From the IMG/VR virus record IMGVR_UViG_3300025117_000002: a stretch of DNA of 64,000 bases. One strand, written 5' to 3'. Within the stretch, counting starts at the first letter, position 1. Every line of letters starts with the position of its first letter. Below the pieces are notes generated by a model. That model made no database searches. It was not told the origin of the DNA and was given only the letters and a program-made list of their open reading frames with translations. This document shows, in pieces, positions 24,937 through 34,507 of this stretch. A program made the translations under genes and the position numbers. Source of the DNA: a virus.

Positions 24937-25358
24937 TATTTACCTCCCACTGGCGCTGGAGCAGTAGTACCTAGAAGAGCCAAAGTCAAGCTCTCAAGCA
25001 TCTGTTTATCTAATAGAAAGCGATTGACAGCTTCAAGGTATGCAGTATGCTTATTCGGATCATTGTTTGAAACAATCGATTCTCTCAAAGCAACAAGCAA
25101 TAGTTTGTAAGAGCCTAAAGCTTGATTGTATACCGGAGTAATCTTATTATATGTCTCTTTAGATATTTGACCGGCTGCATACAAAGATTCACAGAGAGGT
25201 GGTACTGCTTGCAAGGCCACACCCAAACTGTCAACAGTCTGTTCTGCTGCCTGTTGAGCCTGCTGTACAGGTGTAAGGCTGGAGTTACTTCCTACAGTAG
25301 CACATCCAGTAAAGACAAACAGCATCAATACTGTACACAACATAGTTAACTTTCTCAT
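24936..25358 (-). CDS. Lipoprotein (lipobox VFTGC), spanin-like position in the lysis cassette
   Basis: The signal peptide MRKLTMLCTVLMLFVFTGC-ATVGS is followed by a helical Q/A-rich region. Confidence 0.6.
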   Translation of the reverse strand: MRKLTMLCTVLMLFVFTGCATVGSNSSLTPVQQAQQAAEQTVDSLGVALQAVPPLCESLYAAGQISKETYNKITPVYNQALGSYKLLLVALRESIVSNNDPNKHTAYLEAVNRFLLDKQMLESLTLALLGTTAPAPVGGK

Positions 25359-25534
25359 TCTGGTTTGTTCTCCTTTTTGTCAGATAGTTTCTGGTACCCT
25401 AAGGCAGATATTGCGCCGATGAAAGCTGAAGCAATCATCTTCAATAGCTCCATGTTCTTGTCAGGTACTGGTACCCAAAAACTGAGTAGAGCTATTATGC
25501 ATAATGTCAGTGCAAATAGCGTGTTCGTAAGCAT
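25355..25534 (-). CDS. Two-TM holin candidate (59 aa; below the ORF-track cutoff)
   Basis: Hand translation: MLTNTLFALTLCIIALLSFWVPVPDKNMELLKMIASAFIGAISALGYQKLSDKKENKPE. It has two hydrophobic helices and a charged tail. GGGGTGA SD. ATGA overlap with the lipoprotein start. Confidence 0.55.
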   Translation of the reverse strand: MLTNTLFALTLCIIALLSFWVPVPDKNMELLKMIASAFIGAISALGYQKLSDKKENKPE

Positions 25535-25550
25535 ACCTTTCTCACCCCTT

Positions 25551-26054
25551 TCACGTTGTTAGAGAATACTCAAAGTGCATACCATCTAATCTTTTATTAT
25601 AGTCTCCTCCCCAAAAAAAGCCATGCTTGTTAGCTATCTCTATTAGAGGTCTGACTGTGCCCTTGCCGGTGGCTGGTTTAGAACCTAGAGGATTCCATTC
25701 AACATTGATATCAAAAGCTGTACCGAATGAATGGTTACTGAGTGTTTTTTCACTACCTCGGATCATACGAGGGTAGAAAGATCCTCCCCAGGTCAATACG
25801 TACTTCAGCAATCCTGCTGCTTCCCACTCAGCGAACATAGCTTTCATGGCTTCAGCAGCTTTTTTGTGCATGTAAATATCACAGCTTTTAGGAGCACCTT
25901 TAACCCCTTTAAGTTGCGGTATATCTATTAAAACAATGTTGTTCTTTATCCAATTGCCAAGAATCTGTATTTCGCCGTTTGGTTTCTTGTTGTATTTAAA
26001 ATAACCAAAAATTTTCATCCTCTCAGCGTTGGAGGTAACAGGCTTCAGTGCCAT
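25551..26054 (-). CDS. Endolysin, peptidase M15 (VanY/L-Ala-D-Glu peptidase type)
   Basis: Zinc ligand motifs SNHSFGTAFDI and DGMHFEY. Size and context fit a phage M15 endolysin. Confidence 0.8.
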   Translation of the reverse strand: MALKPVTSNAERMKIFGYFKYNKKPNGEIQILGNWIKNNIVLIDIPQLKGVKGAPKSCDIYMHKKAAEAMKAMFAEWEAAGLLKYVLTWGGSFYPRMIRGSEKTLSNHSFGTAFDINVEWNPLGSKPATGKGTVRPLIEIANKHGFFWGGDYNKRLDGMHFEYSLTT

Positions 26055-26437
26055 TATCTTCTATCCTCTATATGGTTCATATGAAAGTTTTGCTCAGCCC
26101 TCACTTCTGGAGCACCTGACTTCTCTCCTATTTTCCAATCTTTGAAATCACTGAGATGAGTTACTACCATAAAGAACATAAATATAATAGCAATCCAAGC
26201 AAATAGGTTTGCTGTGTTTTTCCTGATCCCAGGCCAGAGATTGTTCTGATCTTTAAGCTGAGCTATCTTCTCGTTTACCAGCAGAGTAGTGCTGATGTTG
26301 GCTACTGACTCTTTAATATCTTTCACATCAGATTTAATTTCGCTAATGTGCTCCTGAGTAGTTTCGCTCCAAAGCTTTAAGGTGAGCACACCCTCTTCAA
26401 GAGTCTTTATTCTTTTTTCTTCTCTGTCATCAAGCAC
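26054..26437 (-). CDS. Membrane-anchored coiled-coil protein (lysis-associated)
   Basis: 127 aa with an N-terminal coiled coil and one TM (NLFAWIAIIFMFFMVVTHL). 1-nt overlap with the endolysin start. Confidence 0.45.
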   Translation of the reverse strand: MLDDREEKRIKTLEEGVLTLKLWSETTQEHISEIKSDVKDIKESVANISTTLLVNEKIAQLKDQNNLWPGIRKNTANLFAWIAIIFMFFMVVTHLSDFKDWKIGEKSGAPEVRAEQNFHMNHIEDRR

Positions 26438-26458
26438 CCCATACTCCCTTCAAGTGAA

Positions 26459-27544
26459 TTATCTGTAACGAATACAAGGCAGCAGTGCGATATTGTGTGG
26501 TCTAGTTTCAGTTCCTCCTCCAGCTTCATCTGTCCAAGGAAGAGCATTATCCCAGTCAGTACTGTCAGTACCAGGATTAGCTAAACCATAAGCCATATTA
26601 TAACCAAAGATATGCTCAGTGTTATTACCACCACCCCAAGGCACAGTATGTTTATGTGCTTTGAAGTTATCTGTTTGTGTACCTCCAAAAGCTCTATTAG
26701 CATCTAGTCCAGTAGAGGTACCATTCCAACCACGAACAAACTGACCTTTCATATCTGGCAGATTGAATGTGGTTGTTCCATCTCCAACCCCGAACGCGGT
26801 ACCAATGGCCGCGTATAGTGTTGAATATGTGGTTCTACTGATAGCTGAACCGTCACATACAAGCCAACCAGCAGGTACAGTAGAACGAGCAAAAAAAGCA
26901 ACTTGAGCAATGTACTCAGCACTACTACCTCCCCACAGCCTACGTTTGTCTATCATCATGCTGGATACTATGTCACCACTCGCTGTTCTATTTATAATAG
27001 CTATTTGGCATACCCAGTGATATCTTTGGCTGCTGTCGGTGTAGTTTACCATGCTACCGTTATTCTCAGCTACTTTAACCGCCCAATTTAACTTGAGCCT
27101 GCAAGAAGTTCTAATGTTAAGAGTCGGATCTTTGATTTCAGGATCAGCTATGTCGTTAATTTCATCGTACCATACATCAAGATATACATTATCGATACGA
27201 GGACCACTTGGAGAAGTTAAACTAGGCTGAGAATTAGGCTGAGTAAGGTAAGTACAATCTATTGAGTTAGAAAGATACCAACCATCTAATAGATACTTAC
27301 CTGCTTTGACAGTAAAATTGTTTGCTGCTCCTGTACCTACGCAGAGAAAACCATTATCATTGGTACCATCACCAACTATCATGTAAGCTATCCTACGAAG
27401 ATAGGTAAGCTGCATTTCTTGCAAAGCATTGAACTCATCATCTGGTACAGGTACTCCCATCTCCTTAAGTACCATAAGATAGTTATCAGTCTCATCATAG
27501 CTGAAGCGAGAATAGTTGCCTGTCCAGTTAGTGCCTTTTTGCAT
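26459..27544 (-). CDS. Tail fibre protein with a C-terminal phage tail-collar domain
   Basis: TTTFNLPDMKGQFVRGW followed by a Gly-rich tip is the classic tail-collar motif (FNLPDLRG.F.RG). Confidence 0.7.
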   Translation of the reverse strand: MQKGTNWTGNYSRFSYDETDNYLMVLKEMGVPVPDDEFNALQEMQLTYLRRIAYMIVGDGTNDNGFLCVGTGAANNFTVKAGKYLLDGWYLSNSIDCTYLTQPNSQPSLTSPSGPRIDNVYLDVWYDEINDIADPEIKDPTLNIRTSCRLKLNWAVKVAENNGSMVNYTDSSQRYHWVCQIAIINRTASGDIVSSMMIDKRRLWGGSSAEYIAQVAFFARSTVPAGWLVCDGSAISRTTYSTLYAAIGTAFGVGDGTTTFNLPDMKGQFVRGWNGTSTGLDANRAFGGTQTDNFKAHKHTVPWGGGNNTEHIFGYNMAYGLANPGTDSTDWDNALPWTDEAGGGTETRPHNIALLPCIRYR

Positions 27545-27555
27545 TGTTCAATCCT

Positions 27556-28842
27556 TTATGAATGTTGTAATACAATCGGTATGTAGATCAAACTCCCTGG
27601 TGCTGTTCTCCATTGAGGGTCGTTTGTTGTCTCTCCAACAGTATTTGTGTGCAAATAACCGCTCTGTATGTAGTATACCGGAAAACACCCAGCAGCTCTA
27701 TACCTGTTAACTACATCTATTATAGCATCAATCTCTGCTTGTGAGAGTGTAGTAAGATCAATGCCATTAAACTTGATTCCAAAGGTATTTCTCAGAACAG
27801 GGTACTCATCAGTAACGTTTACTGAGTATCCTAATTGAGAGAGCATTAACTTTATAAGAGCCTTTTCATTTATTTTGATAGCTGCAATACCAGCCATTGC
27901 TCGTCTGAACAGCACAGCATCTTCTTCAGCTGTAAACCTTTGAAATCCAAAGTATTTACACCAAAGAGTAAGCCAATCGTTGTCCGATCTTCCGAAATAG
28001 ATTTCCTCCTTGCCAGCGATATAATCACTAATGTTACCCATAAGAAACTGCTCTATCGCTGAGACTATCCTACGATTAAGAGAAGTTTCATAATATACAG
28101 TACTGCTTACAATAGGACCATTGGTAAGAGTATGACTTCTCAAGTTGTTCCACTCTGTATTTATAGTCTCCACAGTGAAACCAGCATCAGAAACAAGCTG
28201 ACTAACTTCTGCTATAGTTTTATTAGCAATATCTATCTCTTTCTCTTCCTCAGGTACACGTATTATCAGAGTTTTCATGTCTGGAGATACTCTGACATGG
28301 TTTACCCTATCGTCTATTACTCTGAATATAGGAGTAGGGTAGCTATCTTTGTCAAAATAAGGAGGAAGATGCTCTACTAGATTCAGAGGACTTACAGGAT
28401 AGGTTATTGCCTGTGAGGGAGTGAGAGGTGGAGGAAGAGGTGGTTTTACTATGTCAACAGGAGCTGTGGTAGCATGCACCTGTCTTGAAGCTGGACCCTC
28501 TCCTATGTCATTCACAGCTGTCACTACATAGAAATATGTAGAGTTAGACATAAGACCTATGTGTACGTATGGGGAAGAAGCGGCTACAAGTTTGTAACCG
28601 CTCAGTGTTGTGACTCCATATATTGTTGACCAATACACATGGTAGAACATTGCCTGTGGAACAGGACTCCAAGACAGGCGTACTTGATTATTCTGACCGA
28701 TAGCACTTACGCCTAATGGAGCTACAGGAGTTCCTGTCTCAGTAGTCCAAGAGTTAAGGGTTATAGCAAAACCTGTAATAGAGTATGCAGATAGGTTCTC
28801 AGGACTTAACCTAGATCGTCCTGTTACAGTAAGTTTTCCCAT
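27556..28842 (-). CDS. Fibronectin type III domain virion protein
   Basis: QVRLSWSPVPQAMFYHVYWS ... YFYVVTAVNDIGEGPAS is an FN3 module, followed by a PPLPPP linker. Confidence 0.55.
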   Translation of the reverse strand: MGKLTVTGRSRLSPENLSAYSITGFAITLNSWTTETGTPVAPLGVSAIGQNNQVRLSWSPVPQAMFYHVYWSTIYGVTTLSGYKLVAASSPYVHIGLMSNSTYFYVVTAVNDIGEGPASRQVHATTAPVDIVKPPLPPPLTPSQAITYPVSPLNLVEHLPPYFDKDSYPTPIFRVIDDRVNHVRVSPDMKTLIIRVPEEEKEIDIANKTIAEVSQLVSDAGFTVETINTEWNNLRSHTLTNGPIVSSTVYYETSLNRRIVSAIEQFLMGNISDYIAGKEEIYFGRSDNDWLTLWCKYFGFQRFTAEEDAVLFRRAMAGIAAIKINEKALIKLMLSQLGYSVNVTDEYPVLRNTFGIKFNGIDLTTLSQAEIDAIIDVVNRYRAAGCFPVYYIQSGYLHTNTVGETTNDPQWRTAPGSLIYIPIVLQHS

Positions 28843-28843
28843 A

Positions 28844-31800
28844 TTACACCTCTGTTATAACAAGAGTGAAGAAATGATATCCATCAGCTGGATTGTTCTG
28901 TTTCAAAATATCTGCATACAACCTGATAGTTTGAGAGTATCCGTTAGAGGGAACTGGTATAGCTACGTTAGCTTCGCTTCTTGCAGTAACTGATGTAGCT
29001 TTGGTTACTCCATTATCCAGTGATAGTTTGAAGTAGTTTGTTATTACAGCATCACCATTATATTTAACAGCTCCTACTGTAACAGTATAGCTGTGAGCAG
29101 AGCCATCTTTGTTATAAATCTTGAAATCAACATAGTTGGAGAAATTTGCACTGTCTGGAATGTTAGGGAAAGCCAACGGATACTCAGACGTATACTCAGC
29201 AGCTTTATCTGCTCTCCACACTTCTATTTTCGGTGATGTATATGTACCAAAAACATGAGCACAGTAAATTGATCCACCATTAGTATTTGATAGTCTAATC
29301 CAAGTAGCCAAAGCATCATTCATACTGAATGTTGTGTAGTTAGGCGTAAGGTAAGTACCGTTATTTATTACAGTAGACCATGTTCCATCTAACCCATCCG
29401 TTGAATCAGTGGAAACTTCTATCTTAATAGATGTGCTACTCTGATTGAACTTTAATTTCATTGTATTGATAGCCACAGTACCAGGCAAATGAATCATCAA
29501 TCCTTTCCCTGTGAAATCTACAGTGTTACCTGAATATTGATCCCCATCCAAAATCTCTTCGTTACCCGCAGTCATCAAGGATTTAACCCCCGATGAGGTT
29601 GTCCACATGTAAGCAGTGCAATCATCTACACTCCACCGAAGTCTATTCTGGCCTACTCCCACAGGATCAGGGCTAGCAGCACCGAACATGTAAGCACCTA
29701 CATCCCAAATAGCCCTTGCTGTGGCCGTAACGTCTTTGGTAAATGACGTAGCACAACTTGTGCCTTTGGCTATATCAGGACTTGTAGTTTGCAGGCCAAG
29801 ATTTAGACTACTCAGGTTAGTACTTATGAAGTTAGGGTTAGCATTGATATCTAATAGAGAATGTATACCATGAGTATCAAATGCCAAAGCTTTCCAAGCA
29901 GCAAGAGTCTGAGATGCTCCTAAATAAGTTAAAGGACTTGGATTATCCGTGTAGAAGTGGTTATAATCTGACACAAAACCAGTTCCTTGACCTGTAGCTA
30001 CGTTTACCGTCTGTCTGATAGGACTTGATACACCTATCATATGAAAAAAGATGTTGTTCTTCACATCCGTTCCTGAACAATTATAAGCTCCAGCTGCTTC
30101 AAGCTTAAGTCCGTCTATCCACCCTTTCCCAGCAGACCCATAGATAGTGTTATTGTAGATACCAATGTTCTGTGGAGCTTGCAGATGAATAGCAGCTGTG
30201 CCTATGCCAGTCTGTTCCAGTCTTCCTATTAGAACGTTACTATGCACTACCCAGTTGGAAGCTGGTTTGTTGGAGTTATTCTGGAGACTGATCCCATAAG
30301 TACAATTGTCTATTATATTACCATGTACCCAACCCCACCAGCCATTATTCAGAGAACCAGCGTCTATCGGGCCTACTCCGTAAGGCACGTTAGTGTTCCA
30401 TGGAGTAGTGAGGTCTTTAACATAATTGTAACGAGTGATACTGTAGCGTAGACCGTACATCCCACTACGACAACCAGGACCAGTAATTATATTATACTCG
30501 TACAAGCAACCTTCACCACCTGGAGGAAGAGCGTTAAACCCTATGTTAGTACAGGTATTTCCAATGCAGATTGTATACATAGACCTGCCTGTATACACAC
30601 TACTCGACTTAATGTTCTCAAAAGTGTTACCGATCAGCTGTAAATATAAAGCATCTCCTACAGTATTTGCTATAGCAGCTGTAGTTACGTTGGTGTCTGT
30701 ATTACAAAGGTTAAACCTCAAGTCTTCAAATTTAATGTGGTTCTTACCATTCAGCTCTATCAGCTTGAGCTTGTCACCAGCTTCTACTGTACCGCTACCG
30801 TTTACATCACCAGTAATAGTGGCATAACCAGTACCCCATGAAGGTATAGATTTGAATGTAATTGGTCTACATATAGTGTAAGAAATAGTAGCTACAGCAT
30901 GCCCTATTCCTACGTAGTTTCTGAGAGTAAGCTGACCATTACTTGAGATTGAACTTATCTGGTGCAGACCTACTGATTCGACATAAGTATTAATCGAACT
31001 GTCAAGACTGTGCCAGATATACACATAGTCAGACGTTCTAACAGCACTTGATACAAAGGTTCCAGAGGTATCAGATAGTACTCCTGTAGAAGTTAAAGTA
31101 CCTGTAGTCCCTGAACAAACAGTAGCCCCTTCGGTTGCCATTGTTATCAGATCAGGACGATAAGTTACACCTTTTTTAAAGGTTACTGAATCCCCAGGTG
31201 TTAAGGTTGTTGAGGCAGCAATTCCTGTAGCAGCAGCATCACCAGGACAATGTTGGAAAGGAGCATCAGTAGTTTTACCTACGTTAGTATCGCTTCCTGA
31301 AACAAAATCTACGTAATAGGCAATTCCTGTAGCCTCATCTCCAGGTTCTTCGGGGTCTTCAGGGGGAGGTGGAGGCTCATCCGGTGGCACATCCACAAGC
31401 CCATACTCATTTGCCCCTATGTCATAAGTAGTGCCGGTAAAAGGATAGCCTCTACCCATATCCTTGCCTACATTGATACAAGGTGAGTTTACTTGCAGTT
31501 TGAAATCCTTGATTGAAGTATCAACATACAAAGGATTTGTGCTTAGCAAGTTATTAGCGATACTTTGGCCACTGGCACTACCAAGATTCCAGTTACTGGA
31601 GTTGTTATAGAAACAGTTATTCTGAATCTCAACACCAGCTAAACCACCTGAGTTATTACATCCTCCAGTACAGTATGTGACTATGTTATTATCAAATTTC
31701 AGGTTCTGTAGACTTGATACAGAATTACTGAAAGCAGGACCACTGTTGTTGAATGTATTATTGAATATAAGAGCTGTAGCTATAGTAACAGAACCATTAT

Positions 31801-34489
31801 TGTTAGTGAATCCAATACAAGGTGAGCCAGTGTGGCCGTCGTAGAAAGTATTATAACAGAAGATCATGTTACTGAAGTATGTAACAGGAGGATACGGACT
31901 CCACACTCTAAGACCAAAGCAGTTGTCATAGTTTGTAGTTGTGCCATAACCATATATCTTGTTTTTGTATACAGTCATCTCAGGTACAGCAAACTCATTC
32001 GCAATCATGTTTATGAGAGTGTTGTGGTGGAAGTAAAAAGCTCTCGTCCCACCCATAAGTTGACCTTTAACCAATGAGATATATCCGTTGTTGAATGTAC
32101 AGCTATACATCTCTGTGTTATTTACAAGATTCCATAGCTCAATGTTAAGCTTTTCATCCCTGCCATCCCAGCCATCGACATAAACAGTACAGTTATAAAA
32201 CTTACAGTTGTTGAGCCAGCCTGGATTGGAGAGCTTCATAGCATAACCGCCTGTACCACGCTCATCAAAAATACAATCCCGAACGATCATATCTTTCAAG
32301 CAGCTCCCACGGAAAGCAGCTGTATACTGAGAGGCATAGTCACAAGCTGTGAAATTGCAGTTATAAAGCTGACAGCCTGTTTGCCATGTAGTAGGAGGAG
32401 AGGTATCACTGACCTCACCACTCCAAGACAAGGCACCTAAAAATTCAAGACAGAAGCCAGTTCCTGAGCCACTGAAGTACTTAAAGTCGCAATCATGTAT
32501 TATAACGTTATCACGTTTCCAGAAACTCCCTACAGCAGCACATGATCTGCTGCTGGCACTAGTGCCACCCATAAACGTGATATTAGAAATATTGTGTCCA
32601 CCACTACCGTAACTGCGACAATTGAAATAGTAAGACCCTCCAACTCTACAATTTATGAAGGTAGAGGATTTTCCTGCACCTCTTACGTTGACACCGAGAG
32701 CAAGATTGCATTGGGCATAATCAGTATACGTTCCAGCAGCTACATTTATAGTGTAACCAGAGGTGGCTACAGAGCATGCTTTGGACAAAGTAGCAAACGG
32801 AGAAGCCAATGTACCTGGATTACTGTCGTTACCTGTGGTCGCTACATAATAGTTGAGAGCACTACCTCCTCCGGTAGAAGCTGTGAATGGGAACACAGTG
32901 TCATCTCCATCAGTAGGAGGAATAGGATTCATCGGTGATATTTCAGGTCCAATAGGTGGCCAATTTAGAGCCGATCCCATCCATGAAGGTTTGGCAGACA
33001 AGTACAAAGAAGCAGGAAGCTCATGTGAGTCAGTTCCATTCCAAATCACAGCGTTCTGTACACAGTTCCAATCACCGTGTCTTAAAAGTGTGTCAAAAAC
33101 GTTAGCACTATTACCAGATGCTCCGTTATCACTGTCATAAACATAACCTGTTCTGTATATACTTCTTCCACCTTCAGGTATGTCCACACCATTATACAGA
33201 ACAGCATTCTCAGAACCTTGTCCGATGATGTTACCTATGGTTGAGTAGTAACGTGAGTTGAACTGAAGCTCTATATCAAAAGCCCCACAGTTACCTGTCT
33301 GAAATCTCCTACTGTCAAGATAGATTCTATTTCTAAGAAGGACGTTATGGCTACCACTACCCCACACGTTGTCTCCAGAGAACCTTGCTTCCATGATATT
33401 ACCTTCAAACAGGTTGTATGCACAGTGTCCACCGTGTACACTCACACCGTTTGCAGCCCACCCTGAAGCACCACCAACTAAATGATGTATCCAGTTATAA
33501 CTGTAAACATTACCCATGACACAGTAAGCCATTGTAAGAGCGGGGGAGACATGATAAATGAGACTATTTTCAAGTAAACAAGAAGCCGCTGGGCCTACCC
33601 ACACTCCATATCCATTAGAGGCTCCAACCTGTTCGTGAAATGAGCAACCTCTAATGGTGGTCCTGAAGTTCCGGCGCATCCGAACCACACATGCATAGGA
33701 GTGTTTGCCCTCTACATTCAGAAGCCAACAATTGGAGGTACCCAAAAAGCCTATTACAGCAGGATCACCTGTTTCATGTTTTACTTTATCGTCTACGTTA
33801 CTTACGGTCATGTCTTCTATACCGGCGTAGATCGTAGGACTATTAAGTTTTATAACTTGTGGCACTCTAGCTGTAGAGAAGTTCCAATGTAAAGGAACGT
33901 CTAATGTAATAGTCGTTCCACTGATAGCAGTAATAGTATTTATCTGACCATTGTATCTATTACCATCTCTAGCGTTCCAAGTAGCTGTACCATTACTACC
34001 TGTATTAGTGACAGGAGGATCACCATTAGCATCCCCGATTTCGTCAAGTAGAAATATATCGCCTACTGACCAACCAGTAGCAGATGCTGTAACTATTTGA
34101 GTCGATCCTTTGGTATAGCCTGATACTACATTGATTCCATTAGCATCCTGCCACATACCATTATCAAATCCCACTATAAAATAAAGATCAGTAGCAGCAC
34201 TACCGGCTCGTAAAATAGTTGAGCCTATACCGTTTCCTCTCAGTGTTTTATTACTTGGAACTTTGATCCTGGCGTTGACATAGAAAGTTCCAGCTGCAAG
34301 CTTTACAACTTGATAAGCTGGACAGTTGGCGAGAGCGTTGGTGATTGCTGCGTAGTCAGAAGCTCCAGTGGTGTCTGTAGAGGGAGATATGGTAGTGTAC
34401 ACAGTAAGTCGTGTAGGTATTCCATTTTTAACTCCAGCGTTTCCGTTCCACGTAGAGTTTCTATTAATAGGAAGAGTATAGACAGCCAT
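28844..34489 (-). CDS. Giant (1881 aa) multi-module right-handed beta-helix tailspike/depolymerase-like protein
   Basis: There are three separate stretches of PbH1-like repeats (for example IRGCSFHEQ, IIHDCDFKYF, IQNNCFYNNSSNW, GNIIDNCTYGISLQNNS, IYNNTIYGS, VKNNIFFH). A Pro/acidic linker VPPDEPPPPPEDPEEPGDE lies at about 31335-31395, and there are beta-sandwich-like C-terminal domains. Confidence 0.7.
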   Translation of the reverse strand: MAVYTLPINRNSTWNGNAGVKNGIPTRLTVYTTISPSTDTTGASDYAAITNALANCPAYQVVKLAAGTFYVNARIKVPSNKTLRGNGIGSTILRAGSAATDLYFIVGFDNGMWQDANGINVVSGYTKGSTQIVTASATGWSVGDIFLLDEIGDANGDPPVTNTGSNGTATWNARDGNRYNGQINTITAISGTTITLDVPLHWNFSTARVPQVIKLNSPTIYAGIEDMTVSNVDDKVKHETGDPAVIGFLGTSNCWLLNVEGKHSYACVVRMRRNFRTTIRGCSFHEQVGASNGYGVWVGPAASCLLENSLIYHVSPALTMAYCVMGNVYSYNWIHHLVGGASGWAANGVSVHGGHCAYNLFEGNIMEARFSGDNVWGSGSHNVLLRNRIYLDSRRFQTGNCGAFDIELQFNSRYYSTIGNIIGQGSENAVLYNGVDIPEGGRSIYRTGYVYDSDNGASGNSANVFDTLLRHGDWNCVQNAVIWNGTDSHELPASLYLSAKPSWMGSALNWPPIGPEISPMNPIPPTDGDDTVFPFTASTGGGSALNYYVATTGNDSNPGTLASPFATLSKACSVATSGYTINVAAGTYTDYAQCNLALGVNVRGAGKSSTFINCRVGGSYYFNCRSYGSGGHNISNITFMGGTSASSRSCAAVGSFWKRDNVIIHDCDFKYFSGSGTGFCLEFLGALSWSGEVSDTSPPTTWQTGCQLYNCNFTACDYASQYTAAFRGSCLKDMIVRDCIFDERGTGGYAMKLSNPGWLNNCKFYNCTVYVDGWDGRDEKLNIELWNLVNNTEMYSCTFNNGYISLVKGQLMGGTRAFYFHHNTLINMIANEFAVPEMTVYKNKIYGYGTTTNYDNCFGLRVWSPYPPVTYFSNMIFCYNTFYDGHTGSPCIGFTNNNGSVTIATALIFNNTFNNSGPAFSNSVSSLQNLKFDNNIVTYCTGGCNNSGGLAGVEIQNNCFYNNSSNWNLGSASGQSIANNLLSTNPLYVDTSIKDFKLQVNSPCINVGKDMGRGYPFTGTTYDIGANEYGLVDVPPDEPPPPPEDPEEPGDEATGIAYYVDFVSGSDTNVGKTTDAPFQHCPGDAAATGIAASTTLTPGDSVTFKKGVTYRPDLITMATEGATVCSGTTGTLTSTGVLSDTSGTFVSSAVRTSDYVYIWHSLDSSINTYVESVGLHQISSISSNGQLTLRNYVGIGHAVATISYTICRPITFKSIPSWGTGYATITGDVNGSGTVEAGDKLKLIELNGKNHIKFEDLRFNLCNTDTNVTTAAIANTVGDALYLQLIGNTFENIKSSSVYTGRSMYTICIGNTCTNIGFNALPPGGEGCLYEYNIITGPGCRSGMYGLRYSITRYNYVKDLTTPWNTNVPYGVGPIDAGSLNNGWWGWVHGNIIDNCTYGISLQNNSNKPASNWVVHSNVLIGRLEQTGIGTAAIHLQAPQNIGIYNNTIYGSAGKGWIDGLKLEAAGAYNCSGTDVKNNIFFHMIGVSSPIRQTVNVATGQGTGFVSDYNHFYTDNPSPLTYLGASQTLAAWKALAFDTHGIHSLLDINANPNFISTNLSSLNLGLQTTSPDIAKGTSCATSFTKDVTATARAIWDVGAYMFGAASPDPVGVGQNRLRWSVDDCTAYMWTTSSGVKSLMTAGNEEILDGDQYSGNTVDFTGKGLMIHLPGTVAINTMKLKFNQSSTSIKIEVSTDSTDGLDGTWSTVINNGTYLTPNYTTFSMNDALATWIRLSNTNGGSIYCAHVFGTYTSPKIEVWRADKAAEYTSEYPLAFPNIPDSANFSNYVDFKIYNKDGSAHSYTVTVGAVKYNGDAVITNYFKLSLDNGVTKATSVTARSEANVAIPVPSNGYSQTIRLYADILKQNNPADGYHFFTLVITEV

Positions 34490-34507
34490 TTATAATCGCT
34501 CCTTTGT

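Noticed and set aside
26459-34489. Looked for a diversity-generating retroelement (template/variable repeat pair plus reverse transcriptase) around the tail fibre genes, and for CRISPR arrays, integrase or transposase anywhere.
   Set aside because: No RT-like ORF (no YxDD motif protein), no near-identical A-biased repeat pair that I could see, no regularly spaced direct repeats, and no recombinase motifs in any ORF.
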